DNA of 64,000 bases from Minisyncoccota bacterium (GCA_041667145.1 JBAYFP010000004.1:9100-73099), one strand, 5' to 3'. Counted from the stretch's first letter, positions 18,222 through 27,293 are shown. The notes: a model not told the origin generated them from the letters alone. Numbers and translations are program-made.

Positions 18222-18938
18222 TCACCTTATGACTTCCCATTCTTTACTATATGAACCCCCTCTAAAGACTGCAGAAAGATAATTAAAAAACCATTCCATT
18301 AATAATTTAGGCCAACCTATTTTGTGTGCTCTTCGCCCTGTGTGATATATGGTTAGATCTTTAGCGAAATATGTTTTTCCTATTTTTGCTATCCTATTGA
18401 AAAATTCGTAATCTTCTCCTGCTACTAAGTTCTCATTATATCCTTTTGCTTTTTGGAAAATACCTCTTTTTATCATTTGAAATTCTCCTATAGCGGCCCC
18501 TTTTTTAAAATAATTATTCAAAATAAAGTTACAGAAGTTTAATATTGAGAAAATAATTTTGTCAGCAAAAGTTTCTTGATCCCTAAATACTCTTATAGGT
18601 ACAGTGAGACCGACGAGATCTTTATTCGACTCAAATATTTGTAAAGTTTTTGGGAAAAAAGAATTTATATCTGGTATGTAAACATCTGCATCAATAAAAA
18701 CCAAATATTCACCCTGAGCAATTGAGGCCCCCTTGTTTTTACCCTCACTGATTTTTTGGCGTTCTGTTTCTTTATGCTCCAAAACTTTTGCATATTTTTT
18801 TGCGATTAATACTGTATTATCTGTGCTTTGTCCGTCTGAAACTATTATTTCTTTTTCACCATGATATGAAGAAAGGCATTGAAGAATTTTTTTGATGACT
18901 TTTTCTTCATTTTTAGTTGGAACAATAAATGAGATCAT
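18222..18938 (-). CDS. Family 2 glycosyltransferase
   Basis: MISFIVPTKNEE...IIVSDGQSTDNT...FIDADV (DxD). Confidence 0.8.
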   Translation of the reverse strand: MISFIVPTKNEEKVIKKILQCLSSYHGEKEIIVSDGQSTDNTVLIAKKYAKVLEHKETERQKISEGKNKGASIAQGEYLVFIDADVYIPDINSFFPKTLQIFESNKDLVGLTVPIRVFRDQETFADKIIFSILNFCNFILNNYFKKGAAIGEFQMIKRGIFQKAKGYNENLVAGEDYEFFNRIAKIGKTYFAKDLTIYHTGRRAHKIGWPKLLMEWFFNYLSAVFRGGSYSKEWEVIR

Positions 18939-19543
18939 TGTAATTCTTTTTCAATAAGAATATTTCGTGCATACTTTATAAAGTAATATATTAAGAGTCC
19001 TATCACAGTAAATGTACCTATTACGAAATATATTTTCAGTGTATTATCTATAGAGTTGTATAGTTGCCCAAAGAAATAGCCGATAGAGAGCAACACACTT
19101 ACGAGAATAACTTCTCCTAAGAAATTCAACATAAGATATTTTTTCAATGAAGTATGAGTAGCCCCTGCTGCCATAAGGGTAGCAAGTGACATACCTAGTC
19201 CAATAGTTATTTTTGATATAAACAATATTTTTTCATGATGTTGGTTGAAAACCTTTTTAGCCCTTTCAAATATTTCAGGAGTTATTTTAAAGAATTTTCC
19301 ATAATTTCTTAAAAATGGTTCAGCAAAAAAATAACCGATATAGTACCAAATGATATCTCCTAAAAGATCACCTGTGATGATTACAATAAAAGCAGGCACA
19401 AGGTCAAAAAATTTGTTGTGGATTAGAATACCGGCAGCCACCATGAGTATTGGCCCCTCAATAACAGTGCCCATAAAAAGCAACAAGTATTTATAGCTAG
19501 TTAAAAAAAATAAGAAATTTGGAATTAATAAATCGAGCGTCAT
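18935..19543 (-). CDS. DedA/VTT-family membrane protein
   Basis: 202 aa, multi-TM. IITGDLLGDIIWYYIGYFF is DedA-like. Overlaps the GT2 gene by 4 nt. Confidence 0.7.
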   Translation of the reverse strand: MTLDLLIPNFLFFLTSYKYLLLFMGTVIEGPILMVAAGILIHNKFFDLVPAFIVIITGDLLGDIIWYYIGYFFAEPFLRNYGKFFKITPEIFERAKKVFNQHHEKILFISKITIGLGMSLATLMAAGATHTSLKKYLMLNFLGEVILVSVLLSIGYFFGQLYNSIDNTLKIYFVIGTFTVIGLLIYYFIKYARNILIEKELQ

Positions 19544-19582
19544 GTTGTGTCCTTATTAAAAGTTATTTTAGTGGTTCGCTCA

Positions 19583-20140
19583 TTATAACATCTTTCGTAG
19601 TTTGATGAGTGCACGACGATGTTGACTTTTCACTGTGTTTAGAGGCTTATTTATAATTTCTCCTATTTCATTAAAAGTCATGTCTTCTTGATAATGAAGT
19701 GTGAGTATTGTTTTATAAGCTATTGGTAGATTATCTAAAATTTTATTTAATAGGTTAGAATCTTGTAACTTTTGTAACATTTCGTCGGGAAGTAATTCTT
19801 CATCAGGAATGTTTTCAGAAAAAGAAATCATATCATCATCTGCTTCGAGATCAGAGAATAGTAGATTTTTTTTCTTTCTAGAAAAATCTATTGCAGTATT
19901 TTTTGCTATTGTAAAGATCCAAGTTTTAAAACTGGATTTAGAAGAATCAAATTTATTTAAATTCCTCCAAATTTTTATGAAAGTTTCTTGGACTATATCA
20001 GGTGCGTTGTTTTGGTCAGTCAAATGTGCAACAAAGTTATAAATAGGGGAAGTATATCGATCTATCAGGTCTCTGAACGCATATTCTTTGCCGTTTTGAT
20101 ATGAAGCTATTATTTCTTCATCACTTTTATCGTATGACAT
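19583..20140 (-). CDS. RNA polymerase sigma factor, ECF (sigma-70 regions 2 and 4)
   Basis: Region 2 (DIVQETFIKIWRNLNKFD...FKTWIFTIAKNTAIDFSRKK). Region 4 (TILTLHYQEDMTFNEIGEIINKPLNTVKSQHRRALIKLR). Confidence 0.85.
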   Translation of the reverse strand: MSYDKSDEEIIASYQNGKEYAFRDLIDRYTSPIYNFVAHLTDQNNAPDIVQETFIKIWRNLNKFDSSKSSFKTWIFTIAKNTAIDFSRKKKNLLFSDLEADDDMISFSENIPDEELLPDEMLQKLQDSNLLNKILDNLPIAYKTILTLHYQEDMTFNEIGEIINKPLNTVKSQHRRALIKLRKML

Positions 20141-20230
20141 GTCATTAAATATAACACGAATATTTGTAACATTTTACTTTGGTGGTGCATTATACTTTAT
20201 ATAGTCGTGATTAATTGTTATATTAAATAA

Positions 20231-20719
20231 ATGTTTTTAAATAAAGACGATATTGCTGTGTTATGGGACACCATCACACCTAAATTATATGGGTATCTTG
20301 TCCATGTGCTTCATGATAAAAATCTGGCTGAAGATGTTTTGCAGACCACTTGGCTTAAAGCCATAGAAGCACTACCTAATTTTAAAGAGCGGGCTGGTGC
20401 TAGTTTTTCTTCTTGGTTATTTGCGATTGCACGAAACGAGTGTAAACAACACTGGCGAAAAGTGGGCAGGGAGGTATCATTTGATCCGACTATTCATGAT
20501 AAAGAAATATTTAATTCTAAAACAGAGGATTTAATTTTTGTGGATCAGATTATGAAGCATTTATCTTCAAAAGATCGAGAGCTAGTACGGTTACGTTATA
20601 TAGCTGATTTGCCTTTAAATGAAATTGCCAAGATTTTAAAAGTTAGCCCTATAACGATAAGGGTTAGAATGCATCGTACATTGGCATTTATAAAAATTAT
20701 TCTTAAAAATCAACAATAA
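20231..20719 (+). CDS. RNA polymerase sigma factor, ECF
   Basis: Region 2 (DVLQTTWLKAIEALPNF...FSSWLFAIARNE). Region 4 (LVRLRYIADLPLNEIAKILKVSPITIRVRMHRTLAFIK). Confidence 0.85.
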   Translation: MFLNKDDIAVLWDTITPKLYGYLVHVLHDKNLAEDVLQTTWLKAIEALPNFKERAGASFSSWLFAIARNECKQHWRKVGREVSFDPTIHDKEIFNSKTEDLIFVDQIMKHLSSKDRELVRLRYIADLPLNEIAKILKVSPITIRVRMHRTLAFIKIILKNQQ

Positions 20720-20721
20720 TT

Positions 20722-21747
20722 ATGATTAAATATAAAAAAATTGACGATCTATTTGAATCTTGGGGGAGAGACAAGGTAGAAGTACCTCTCAATAATGATA
20801 TCTTAAAAAAAGAAATTTTAGCAAAGATTCCTGACGATTTATCTCTTAATAAGAAAATTTCTTTTAAGCGCAATTCCTACATTTGGTTTCCTTTTGCTTT
20901 TTCTGCTATGGCTGTATTTGTTATATTGTTTAATACCTTTGATTATAAAAATAATACAAATGTACAGGATATTATTCAAACTGGGTATGGAACGGGAATT
21001 TCGCAAAATTCTGATATGTATAAATCGATAGGTGCACCTTCTGTGGATCTCTATCATAGAGAGGAGTTACCTATTACTGATAATAGAGAATTTTTAAAGG
21101 TTAATTATAATGCCACACTCCGTACTAGAAACGTAATTGATTTAAGAAATAGATTAGAGATTATTATTCGTGGTTTTGGTGGGCGTGTGGATTCTTCAAA
21201 TAGTGGAGAAAAGAATGGATATATCAATTTTGTCATACCTAAAGATAGGCTAGATGCTTTTAAGATAGAAATAGAAGATTTAGTTGGTAAAAAATTTTAC
21301 AATGAACAATTGAGTTCTCAAAATCTTTTGGGAGACAAACAAAGGATTGAAGAAAACCAAAAACAAGCTGAAAAAAATTTGGGTAATTTACAGGCTGAAC
21401 GTGCACAAATTATAAGAGAACATAATCAAAACATCTCTTCTTATCAAAATGAAGTGGATATTATAAATGAAAATAAAAGTTATCAAACAAAAATCAACAA
21501 TATTGATTTAAGTATCAAAAGTATGCAGGCTAGTCTTAAGAAGATTCAATCGCAAGATAAAAATTTTTTAGATAACGTTGCCACAGTAAATGGGTCAATT
21601 TCATTAAATTGGATTAGTCTATGGGAAATGGCAGATATTTATTTACCAGGGCCAATACTTGCGTGGGTTTTCTTTTTAGCAACAATTGTAAGTTTTATTT
21701 GGTATAGATTTACAAGAGTATCGTACGATATATTAGATTTCTCTTAA
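20722..21747 (+). CDS. Putative anti-sigma factor or membrane sensor partner of the ECF sigma (DUF4349-like architecture)
   Basis: Its start follows the sigma-gene stop by 2 nt. Cytoplasmic N-terminus, a TM helix at ~60 aa, coiled-coil region, and a C-terminal TM helix. Confidence 0.45.
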   Translation: MIKYKKIDDLFESWGRDKVEVPLNNDILKKEILAKIPDDLSLNKKISFKRNSYIWFPFAFSAMAVFVILFNTFDYKNNTNVQDIIQTGYGTGISQNSDMYKSIGAPSVDLYHREELPITDNREFLKVNYNATLRTRNVIDLRNRLEIIIRGFGGRVDSSNSGEKNGYINFVIPKDRLDAFKIEIEDLVGKKFYNEQLSSQNLLGDKQRIEENQKQAEKNLGNLQAERAQIIREHNQNISSYQNEVDIINENKSYQTKINNIDLSIKSMQASLKKIQSQDKNFLDNVATVNGSISLNWISLWEMADIYLPGPILAWVFFLATIVSFIWYRFTRVSYDILDFS

Positions 21748-21754
21748 ATTTGTG

Positions 21755-21773
21755 CCCTCGGCAGGGCAATCTT
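21755..21773. repeat. Duplicated fragment of the tRNA-Arg 3' end, a possible att-site remnant
   Basis: GTGCCCTCGGCAGG (14 nt) is identical to the 3' acceptor/T-arm of the tRNA at 21872..21946, which lies 100 bp away. Confidence 0.45.
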
Positions 21774-21871
21774 TCCTTACAGGAACAGTATACCTTTTGC
21801 ATTTTTTTTTAAAAAATAGGCAAAAGCTTTTCGCTTCCTGCATAAAGCCAAGCAGTTGGCTTTACTCGTGC

Positions 21872-21946
21872 TGGTGCCCTCGGCAGGAATCGAACCTGCA
21901 TCATAACTTCCGCAAAGTTACGTCCTATCCATTGAACGACGAAGGC
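21872..21946 (-). tRNA. tRNA-Arg (anticodon GCG, read manually; ACG would be the expected bacterial anticodon)
   Basis: Minus-strand sequence GCCTTCGTCGTTCAATGGATAGGACGTAACTTTGCGGAAGTTATGATGCAGGTTCGATTCCTGCCGAGGGCACCA. Acceptor, D, anticodon (TAACT/AGTTA with loop TTGCGGA) and T arms all fold. CCA is encoded. Confidence 0.75.
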
Positions 21947-22007
21947 ATTATCGTTTTGCAATTTTAGATTAACAGTTTTTAGGTAAAAAATCCACTATTA
22001 ATTTTGT

Positions 22008-22475
22008 CTAGAAACCCAAAGAGTCCATTATTTTTTCTGAGACATGTTCTTTCATTTCCTCTTCAGGTACGTTATTTAGAAGGAAAGCATTTCTTATTTC
22101 TTCTGCATTATATTGTTTTATAGGTATCGAAAGTATTGGTATCAATAATCTTTCTGAATTTATAAAGAGTGTAGGTTTTAGACTGTCTTTTTGTACCCAA
22201 AATGATTTTATATTTTCATAAGGATAAAGACGACTTCTGATTTTTAACCCCTTTTCATTTAATTCATAAAAAACCAGGTCTGGTTTTTTAATAGCGAAAG
22301 ATGCTAGTAGAATCCCGCTGATAATTAGAAGTAATCCAAAAAAATAATTACTATAGATGAATGAAGCGATAGAACCAGCGACGACGACGACACCAAGTGC
22401 CCAGAACCAGTCATTGCCTCGTTCTTTTTCTTCGTATTCTAATTCAGACCATTCTAGTTTTTTATTCTGATCCAT
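22008..22475 (-). CDS. Hypothetical membrane protein (two TM helices, bacterial PH-like topology)
   Basis: 155 aa. WFWALGVVVVAGSIASFIYSNYFFGLLLIISGILLASFAI hairpin TM. Confidence 0.45.
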   Translation of the reverse strand: MDQNKKLEWSELEYEEKERGNDWFWALGVVVVAGSIASFIYSNYFFGLLLIISGILLASFAIKKPDLVFYELNEKGLKIRSRLYPYENIKSFWVQKDSLKPTLFINSERLLIPILSIPIKQYNAEEIRNAFLLNNVPEEEMKEHVSEKIMDSLGF

Positions 22476-22576
22476 TAGTACAATTATACTAACCTTTGAT
22501 ATTTAAAGCAAAATAATATTTGTTGCGGATGGTTTGGTACGCTGTTGGAACTGCTTTATTGATAAATAAGGATATT

Positions 22577-23017
22577 TTAGAAAATTACTCCTGATATAAA
22601 AAAATACGCTGCTATTATTCCCACGATAAAAGCAATTATCGCAATATATCCTATTATTTCTGTGATCAACATTGGTGTTGGAGTTTTGCCATTGTACACA
22701 CCCCATTTTATATCGTTAGCTATTTTGTATTTAGCTGCACCCAGTCTTAAAACATCTTTCATAATTAAGAAATTTCTTATTGAGGATAGTAACATCGAAA
22801 TGACTAAAGATATGAATGTTATCTGGACATATAACTTAGAGCATTTAGTAATATTATTTTGTATTACATCACTGGATAAAAAAGTTATAAACAAAGTTAT
22901 TGCAGCACCAGATAAAAGTGCCCAATGAAAAAAGAATTTTATTGATAATTCTCTAGAAAATTCTACATCTTTTTCTGCCTGCTTTTCGATTTTTTCAACA
23001 GCTTCGTTTGGATCCAT
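22577..23017 (-). CDS. Hypothetical membrane protein
   Basis: 146 aa with three or four hydrophobic helices. Overlaps the upstream gene by 55 nt. Confidence 0.4.
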   Translation of the reverse strand: MDPNEAVEKIEKQAEKDVEFSRELSIKFFFHWALLSGAAITLFITFLSSDVIQNNITKCSKLYVQITFISLVISMLLSSIRNFLIMKDVLRLGAAKYKIANDIKWGVYNGKTPTPMLITEIIGYIAIIAFIVGIIAAYFFISGVIF

Positions 23018-23547
23018 AATTTTATTATATCAAATTTTCTTTTGGTATGTTCGTCTGGTTTGGGTGAAAAAGGATAAAGTTTCACAAACTCAACCATGAG
23101 TTGAACAAATGATTGATGATCCTTATTTAAACTCCATTTAAGGGCTCCCGACACAATCTCATCATTCATTAATGAAGTTGCAATTTTAATATTAGCTCCT
23201 AAGGGAGCTGAAATTGTACCTGCTGGCAGATTTGCTACGTCCACCGGTAGCAAATTTTCTAAATCTATTCCGTGCTCAAAATCATCTCGAATTTTTATTT
23301 TTTTGACTAAATCAATATTTTTACCTTTAAGGTTTGCTACACGAGAATCGTAAGTGGCTGTACTTTCTATCTGTCGAAATAATCTGCGTAAAAGTATTAC
23401 ATAAAAATCTACATCGTGAACAGGTGAAATTTTCTTCTCCCAAAGTTCTTTGTGGGGAGTATTTAAAATACGTTTACGTTGAAATTCTAAGCTATTTAGT
23501 TTTGACTCTACCTCATGTTGAAATAACATCTTATCTCTGTCGTACAT
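22963..23547 (-). CDS. Hypothetical protein
   Basis: 194 aa. No recognised motif. Lys-rich C-terminal tail. Confidence 0.45.
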   Translation of the reverse strand: MYDRDKMLFQHEVESKLNSLEFQRKRILNTPHKELWEKKISPVHDVDFYVILLRRLFRQIESTATYDSRVANLKGKNIDLVKKIKIRDDFEHGIDLENLLPVDVANLPAGTISAPLGANIKIATSLMNDEIVSGALKWSLNKDHQSFVQLMVEFVKLYPFSPKPDEHTKRKFDIIKLWIQTKLLKKSKSRQKKM

Positions 23548-23644
23548 ATTTTTTGCGGGGTATCTCGTGTCAGGACCTTTTCATAACAAGCCCTGCAAGG
23601 TTATTTTTAATAATTTTATTTTACTTTAAGCCGTGACATAAATA

Positions 23645-24076
23645 CTAATGGTTAAAATAGTAAATTACAAAAACTCCCAAGAAAATCATTATTCCTCCGA
23701 GGATAGTAGGGAGAGTGACCTTGTTATTAAATAAAAGGTAACTGAAGATGGCTATAAATATTGGATAAGAAATTTCAATAAGTCCAGCAAGAGTGGCGTT
23801 TTTTGAAACGATAGAAAGACCAATGCATGATTCTGCAATCATAAGAGCAACGATTCCTCCTATGACATACCATAAAAGATTTTTTGATGAATATATGGAG
23901 ACAAGGTCGGATTTTAAAGAATTATTAAAATATGAGATTACTATTGAAATGATGGAAACAACTAAAAATGCTATTCCCAAAGAAGTGAATACTGATATTT
24001 TTTTATAAATTTGTTCACTTAGAACGTAACTTACTCCCCAGAATAATGATGCACTTAACGCAAATATTATCCACAT
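23645..24076 (-). CDS. Small four-TM EamA-like (DMT superfamily) membrane protein
   Basis: 143 aa with four hydrophobic helices. Confidence 0.5.
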   Translation of the reverse strand: MWIIFALSASLFWGVSYVLSEQIYKKISVFTSLGIAFLVVSIISIVISYFNNSLKSDLVSIYSSKNLLWYVIGGIVALMIAESCIGLSIVSKNATLAGLIEISYPIFIAIFSYLLFNNKVTLPTILGGIMIFLGVFVIYYFNH

Positions 24077-24229
24077 GGTTTAATTATAGCTTAATTAGGT
24101 TAAATATGTTAAAAATATGACAGGTAACTGAAACTATGTTAAAAAACTTAAATAAAGAATTCAGAAAAATCTTCACGAAGTCAATGGAAAAAGGTCTTAT
24201 TAAAATAAAAACATTAAACAAATAAATTT

Positions 24230-24559
24230 ATGATAACTATAGAGGATTTTGAAAAAGTAGATATCAGAATAGGTAAAATTATCAGTGTTGAAGATTTTCC
24301 TGAGGCCAAGAAGCCGACATATAAGCTCCGGGTTGATTTTGGAGAGTTTGGAATTAAAAGTTCAAGCGCCAGAATTGTAGACTTGTATAAAAAAGATGAA
24401 CTTATGGAAAAGTTGGTTGTTTGCGTTACAAATTTACCTCCAAGAAAAGTAGGCTCGTTTATGTCTGAGGTTTTAACTACTGGATTCTACCGTGAAGACG
24501 GTTCGGTGGTTTTAGCTATTCCCGAAAAAGAAATACAACTTGGGGCTAAATTAGGGTAA
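24230..24559 (+). CDS. tRNA-binding domain protein (CsaA/Trbp111-like)
   Basis: MITIEDFEKVDIRIGKIISVE...CVTNLPPRKVGSFMSEV is an EMAP/Myf-like OB-fold. 109 aa. Confidence 0.75.
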   Translation: MITIEDFEKVDIRIGKIISVEDFPEAKKPTYKLRVDFGEFGIKSSSARIVDLYKKDELMEKLVVCVTNLPPRKVGSFMSEVLTTGFYREDGSVVLAIPEKEIQLGAKLG

Positions 24560-24562
24560 AAA

Positions 24563-24940
24563 TTAACTTGCAATACGAGTACCTTGGTGAAAAACCATTT
24601 GCCACTTTCTATCAGTTAATTTCCAAATAGAACTACGCAATGACTCATATTTAGTAGCATTTTTGGGATCAAGTTTTGAAGCTTGATATGTCACCAAGAC
24701 AATATCCGAAGACAATTCCTTTACTTTAAAATCTTTTACACTAATCTCCAAATCTACTTTTTCTTCAGCTAAAGATTTTAGTGTATCGTTTTTGTTGTAT
24801 ATATAGCCAGAACTGCCGAACTCAATAAAATCATCAGCAAGTAATTCTGAAACAGCTTTAGGTGAGTTTCTAACCTTTTTACGGTGAAGTTTTGTTTCTA
24901 GATCAAGAAAGAGTTCTAAGCTTACTTTTTGTGGTTCCAT
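24563..24940 (-). CDS. NTF2-like/SnoaL-like (DUF4440-type) protein
   Basis: 125 aa. LADDFIEFGSSGYIYNKNDTLKSL pattern. Confidence 0.5.
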   Translation of the reverse strand: MEPQKVSLELFLDLETKLHRKKVRNSPKAVSELLADDFIEFGSSGYIYNKNDTLKSLAEEKVDLEISVKDFKVKELSSDIVLVTYQASKLDPKNATKYESLRSSIWKLTDRKWQMVFHQGTRIAS

Positions 24941-24994
24941 ACTTAAAGTATATCAGATTTTGATTTTAGAAAAACTTTTATTTATCGCTAGCAT

Positions 24995-25010
24995 GTCGTG
25001 CTAGCACGAC
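24995..25010. promoter_or_regulatory. Perfect 16-bp palindrome GTCGTGCTAGCACGAC in a divergent promoter region; candidate operator
   Basis: Flanked by an overlapping GCTAGCA/TGCTAGC inverted repeat and a CGGGTA-N3-TACCCG hairpin. Lies upstream of a TATAAT box at 25138 that precedes gene 25151. Confidence 0.3.
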
Positions 25011-25150
25011 TATGCGGTGCACTCGGGTATGGTACCCGTGGGTTCAACCCTTGTAAGGACATTTTAGCATCTTTTTGAGAGTAAGACCAAGGCTTGTGGG
25101 TCGCTACTTGCAAATGCCAACAAATGCCAATTTTTTGATATAATGCAAAT

Positions 25151-25846
25151 ATGAAGATGACAGTCGGCGAATTAATAGCAAAAGAAATGAAAGAAGGAAA
25201 AAGCTCTGTAACCCTCCCAAATGGGGTTCTTCCTCCTGGGGCTAAAGAAGCATTTGAATCGCTTGCTAATATGAAGAAAAACATAGAAGAACCACTTAAA
25301 AAACAGCTTGGTGCGATAAGGTCTATAACTGATATATATGGACCACAATTAGAACGAATGGCTGAAGCACATAAAATGGTTCTTGAAAATTACATTATTC
25401 CAGAAGAAAGAATTCAAAATGTTAGAATTATTAACTCTGAAAATATTGGGGCTGGATCAAATAGAAAAGAAAGCAATGTTATAGTTGCATCATACCTATT
25501 GCCTAAAAATGCTAATTGGGAAAGTCTAAGCGTTCAGTTTCTAGATGGGCATGTTGTTAATGTTTCTTATTCAGGAATGAAATCACAAAAGTTTGATTTT
25601 AAAGATATGGGCTTTATGAACATGAAAACAAATAAGCCAGATTTAAAATGGGAATTACTCCAAGCAATTGCAGAAAATAATGGAGCATTAACTAAGTCTA
25701 AATGGAACAGAAAATTTGGGCGAAACGTTAAATATGAACTGAATGAGAGATTAAAGAAATTTTTTGGTATGGATTCAAATCCTATTTCTCACTACACTAA
25801 AAAAGGAGGATATCGAGCCACTTTTTCTCTCACAGAAGTTAAATAG
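25151..25846 (+). CDS. Hypothetical protein, first gene of the AT-rich island
   Basis: 231 aa. TGATATAAT extended -10 lies 10 nt upstream. No recognised motif. Confidence 0.5.
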   Translation: MKMTVGELIAKEMKEGKSSVTLPNGVLPPGAKEAFESLANMKKNIEEPLKKQLGAIRSITDIYGPQLERMAEAHKMVLENYIIPEERIQNVRIINSENIGAGSNRKESNVIVASYLLPKNANWESLSVQFLDGHVVNVSYSGMKSQKFDFKDMGFMNMKTNKPDLKWELLQAIAENNGALTKSKWNRKFGRNVKYELNERLKKFFGMDSNPISHYTKKGGYRATFSLTEVK

Positions 25847-25870
25847 TCATTGGGTGTTAAATGACGATAA

Positions 25871-25906
25871 AGGGACTTTTTCTTGTTTAAGTAAAAGTCC
25901 CTTTAT
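25871..25906. terminator. Stem-loop terminator (12-bp stem)
   Basis: AAAGGGACTTTT-TCTTGTTTAAGT-AAAAGTCCCTTT. Confidence 0.6.
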
Positions 25907-25958
25907 ATTTGGGTTATTTTTAATATCTATTGAATAGAAATAAAAAGAAATTGTCATT

Positions 25959-27293
25959 TTGTCATTCAATGACGAATATGTTTTAGAAGAGCAGCTAAGA
26001 ACCTCTTCCGAAGAACATATTATGAAAAAGCAAAAGTTAGTATGGTCAATTACTTCTCGCAAAGTAAGTGATCTAACAAAAAACGGATACAATCCGAGAA
26101 AACTAGGTGAGGGCGAAAAAAGAGACTTAGAAAAGTCTATCAAGGAATTTGGAACAGTAGTTCCTGTTATCCTTAATATTGGTTCCAGAGCCAATATACT
26201 TATCGGGGGTGAACAGCGCGTAAAAGTCTATGCCGATCTCGGGATAGAAAATGTTGAGTGTATGATACCTTCTCGAGAGTTAACACTTGAAGAAGAAAAA
26301 GAACTCAATCTGAGGCTAAACAAAAACACTGGATCATGGGATGAAGAACTTCTAAAAGAGTTCGACATGGATATGCTTCTTAATGTTGGTTTTGGAGACG
26401 AAGAATTACAAAATCTTTTTGATGACGTAGATCTTGTCGAAGATGATTTTGATATTGAAAAAGCTATTAAGGAAACTACTACACCAAAAGTTAAATTAGG
26501 AGAAATTTGGGAGATGGGAAAGCATCGCCTATTAGTCAGTGACTCCACCAATGAAGATCAAGTTAAAGAACTGATGAAAAATGATATGGCAGATATTATT
26601 TTTTGCGATCCTCCGTTCAATATTTCTTGGAACTATGGAGGAAAATATGGTGGAGAATACAAAGATAATAAAAGTGAGGAAGAATACTCTGAATTCATTA
26701 GTAAAAGCATTGAAACAGCTAAAAAGTTTGCCAAACCAAACTCTCATTTTTTCTATTGGTCAGATCCAAATAGTATAGGGCTAACACAATCTCTTTATGA
26801 TAAATATCAAATAAAGAAAAGACGGGTGTGTCTTTGGATAAAATCAAATCAAAATTGCACACCACAGATTGCTTGGAATAGACTCTATGAGCCATGTATA
26901 TATGGCACACTTGGTAATAAACCATATCTAAATAATAATTTTAGAAATGCTAATGAAATTCTTAATCAAGAAGTAACTACTGGTAATCAAGTCTTAGATG
27001 AACTACAAGATATGATAGACCTTTGGTTGGTTAAAAGAGACAATACTAGAAATTATTTACACCCTACTCAAAAACCTGTCACTTTAAACGAAAAACCATT
27101 CAAAAGATGTTCTGCCCCAGGACATATAATTTTCTCGGGATTCGCTGGAAGCGGATCCGATTTGATTGCATGTGAAGAATTAAATCGTGTATGGCGTGGA
27201 GTCGAAAAAGATTTGATCTTCGCAACTATCATCATAGATCGATGGGAAAAATTTACCAACCTTAAGGCAAAGAAAATCTATGAAAATAAATAA
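25959..27293 (+). CDS. ParB-like nuclease domain fused to a beta-class DNA N6-adenine/N4-cytosine methyltransferase
   Basis: ParB-like domain (KLVWSI...NGYNPRKL...ILIGGEQRVKV). MTase motif IV (IIFCDPPFN), then motif I (IFSGFAGSGSD) and HPTQKPV. The ORF starts at a TTG; an alternative ATG start is at 26022. Confidence 0.85.
   Translation: MSFNDEYVLEEQLRTSSEEHIMKKQKLVWSITSRKVSDLTKNGYNPRKLGEGEKRDLEKSIKEFGTVVPVILNIGSRANILIGGEQRVKVYADLGIENVECMIPSRELTLEEEKELNLRLNKNTGSWDEELLKEFDMDMLLNVGFGDEELQNLFDDVDLVEDDFDIEKAIKETTTPKVKLGEIWEMGKHRLLVSDSTNEDQVKELMKNDMADIIFCDPPFNISWNYGGKYGGEYKDNKSEEEYSEFISKSIETAKKFAKPNSHFFYWSDPNSIGLTQSLYDKYQIKKRRVCLWIKSNQNCTPQIAWNRLYEPCIYGTLGNKPYLNNNFRNANEILNQEVTTGNQVLDELQDMIDLWLVKRDNTRNYLHPTQKPVTLNEKPFKRCSAPGHIIFSGFAGSGSDLIACEELNRVWRGVEKDLIFATIIIDRWEKFTNLKAKKIYENK

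Noticed and set aside
21752-21967. 71-aa plus-strand ORF
   Set aside because: It overlaps the minus-strand tRNA-Arg and its terminator; not coding.
22577-23547. Possibility that the overlapping ORFs 22963..23547 and 22577..23017 are one frameshifted gene (pseudogene)
   Set aside because: The downstream ORF has a convincing independent N-terminus (MDPNEAVEKIEKQAEK…) and the two products have different character (soluble versus multi-TM). The 55-nt overlap is kept as two genes, but read-level verification would be needed.
24988-25284. 98-aa minus-strand ORF across the palindrome-rich intergenic region
   Set aside because: It spans the promoter and palindromes and the 5' end of gene 25151 in antisense. 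I also tested 25020..25070 (GGTTCAACCC) for tRNA-like folding; no acceptor or anticodon stem could be formed.
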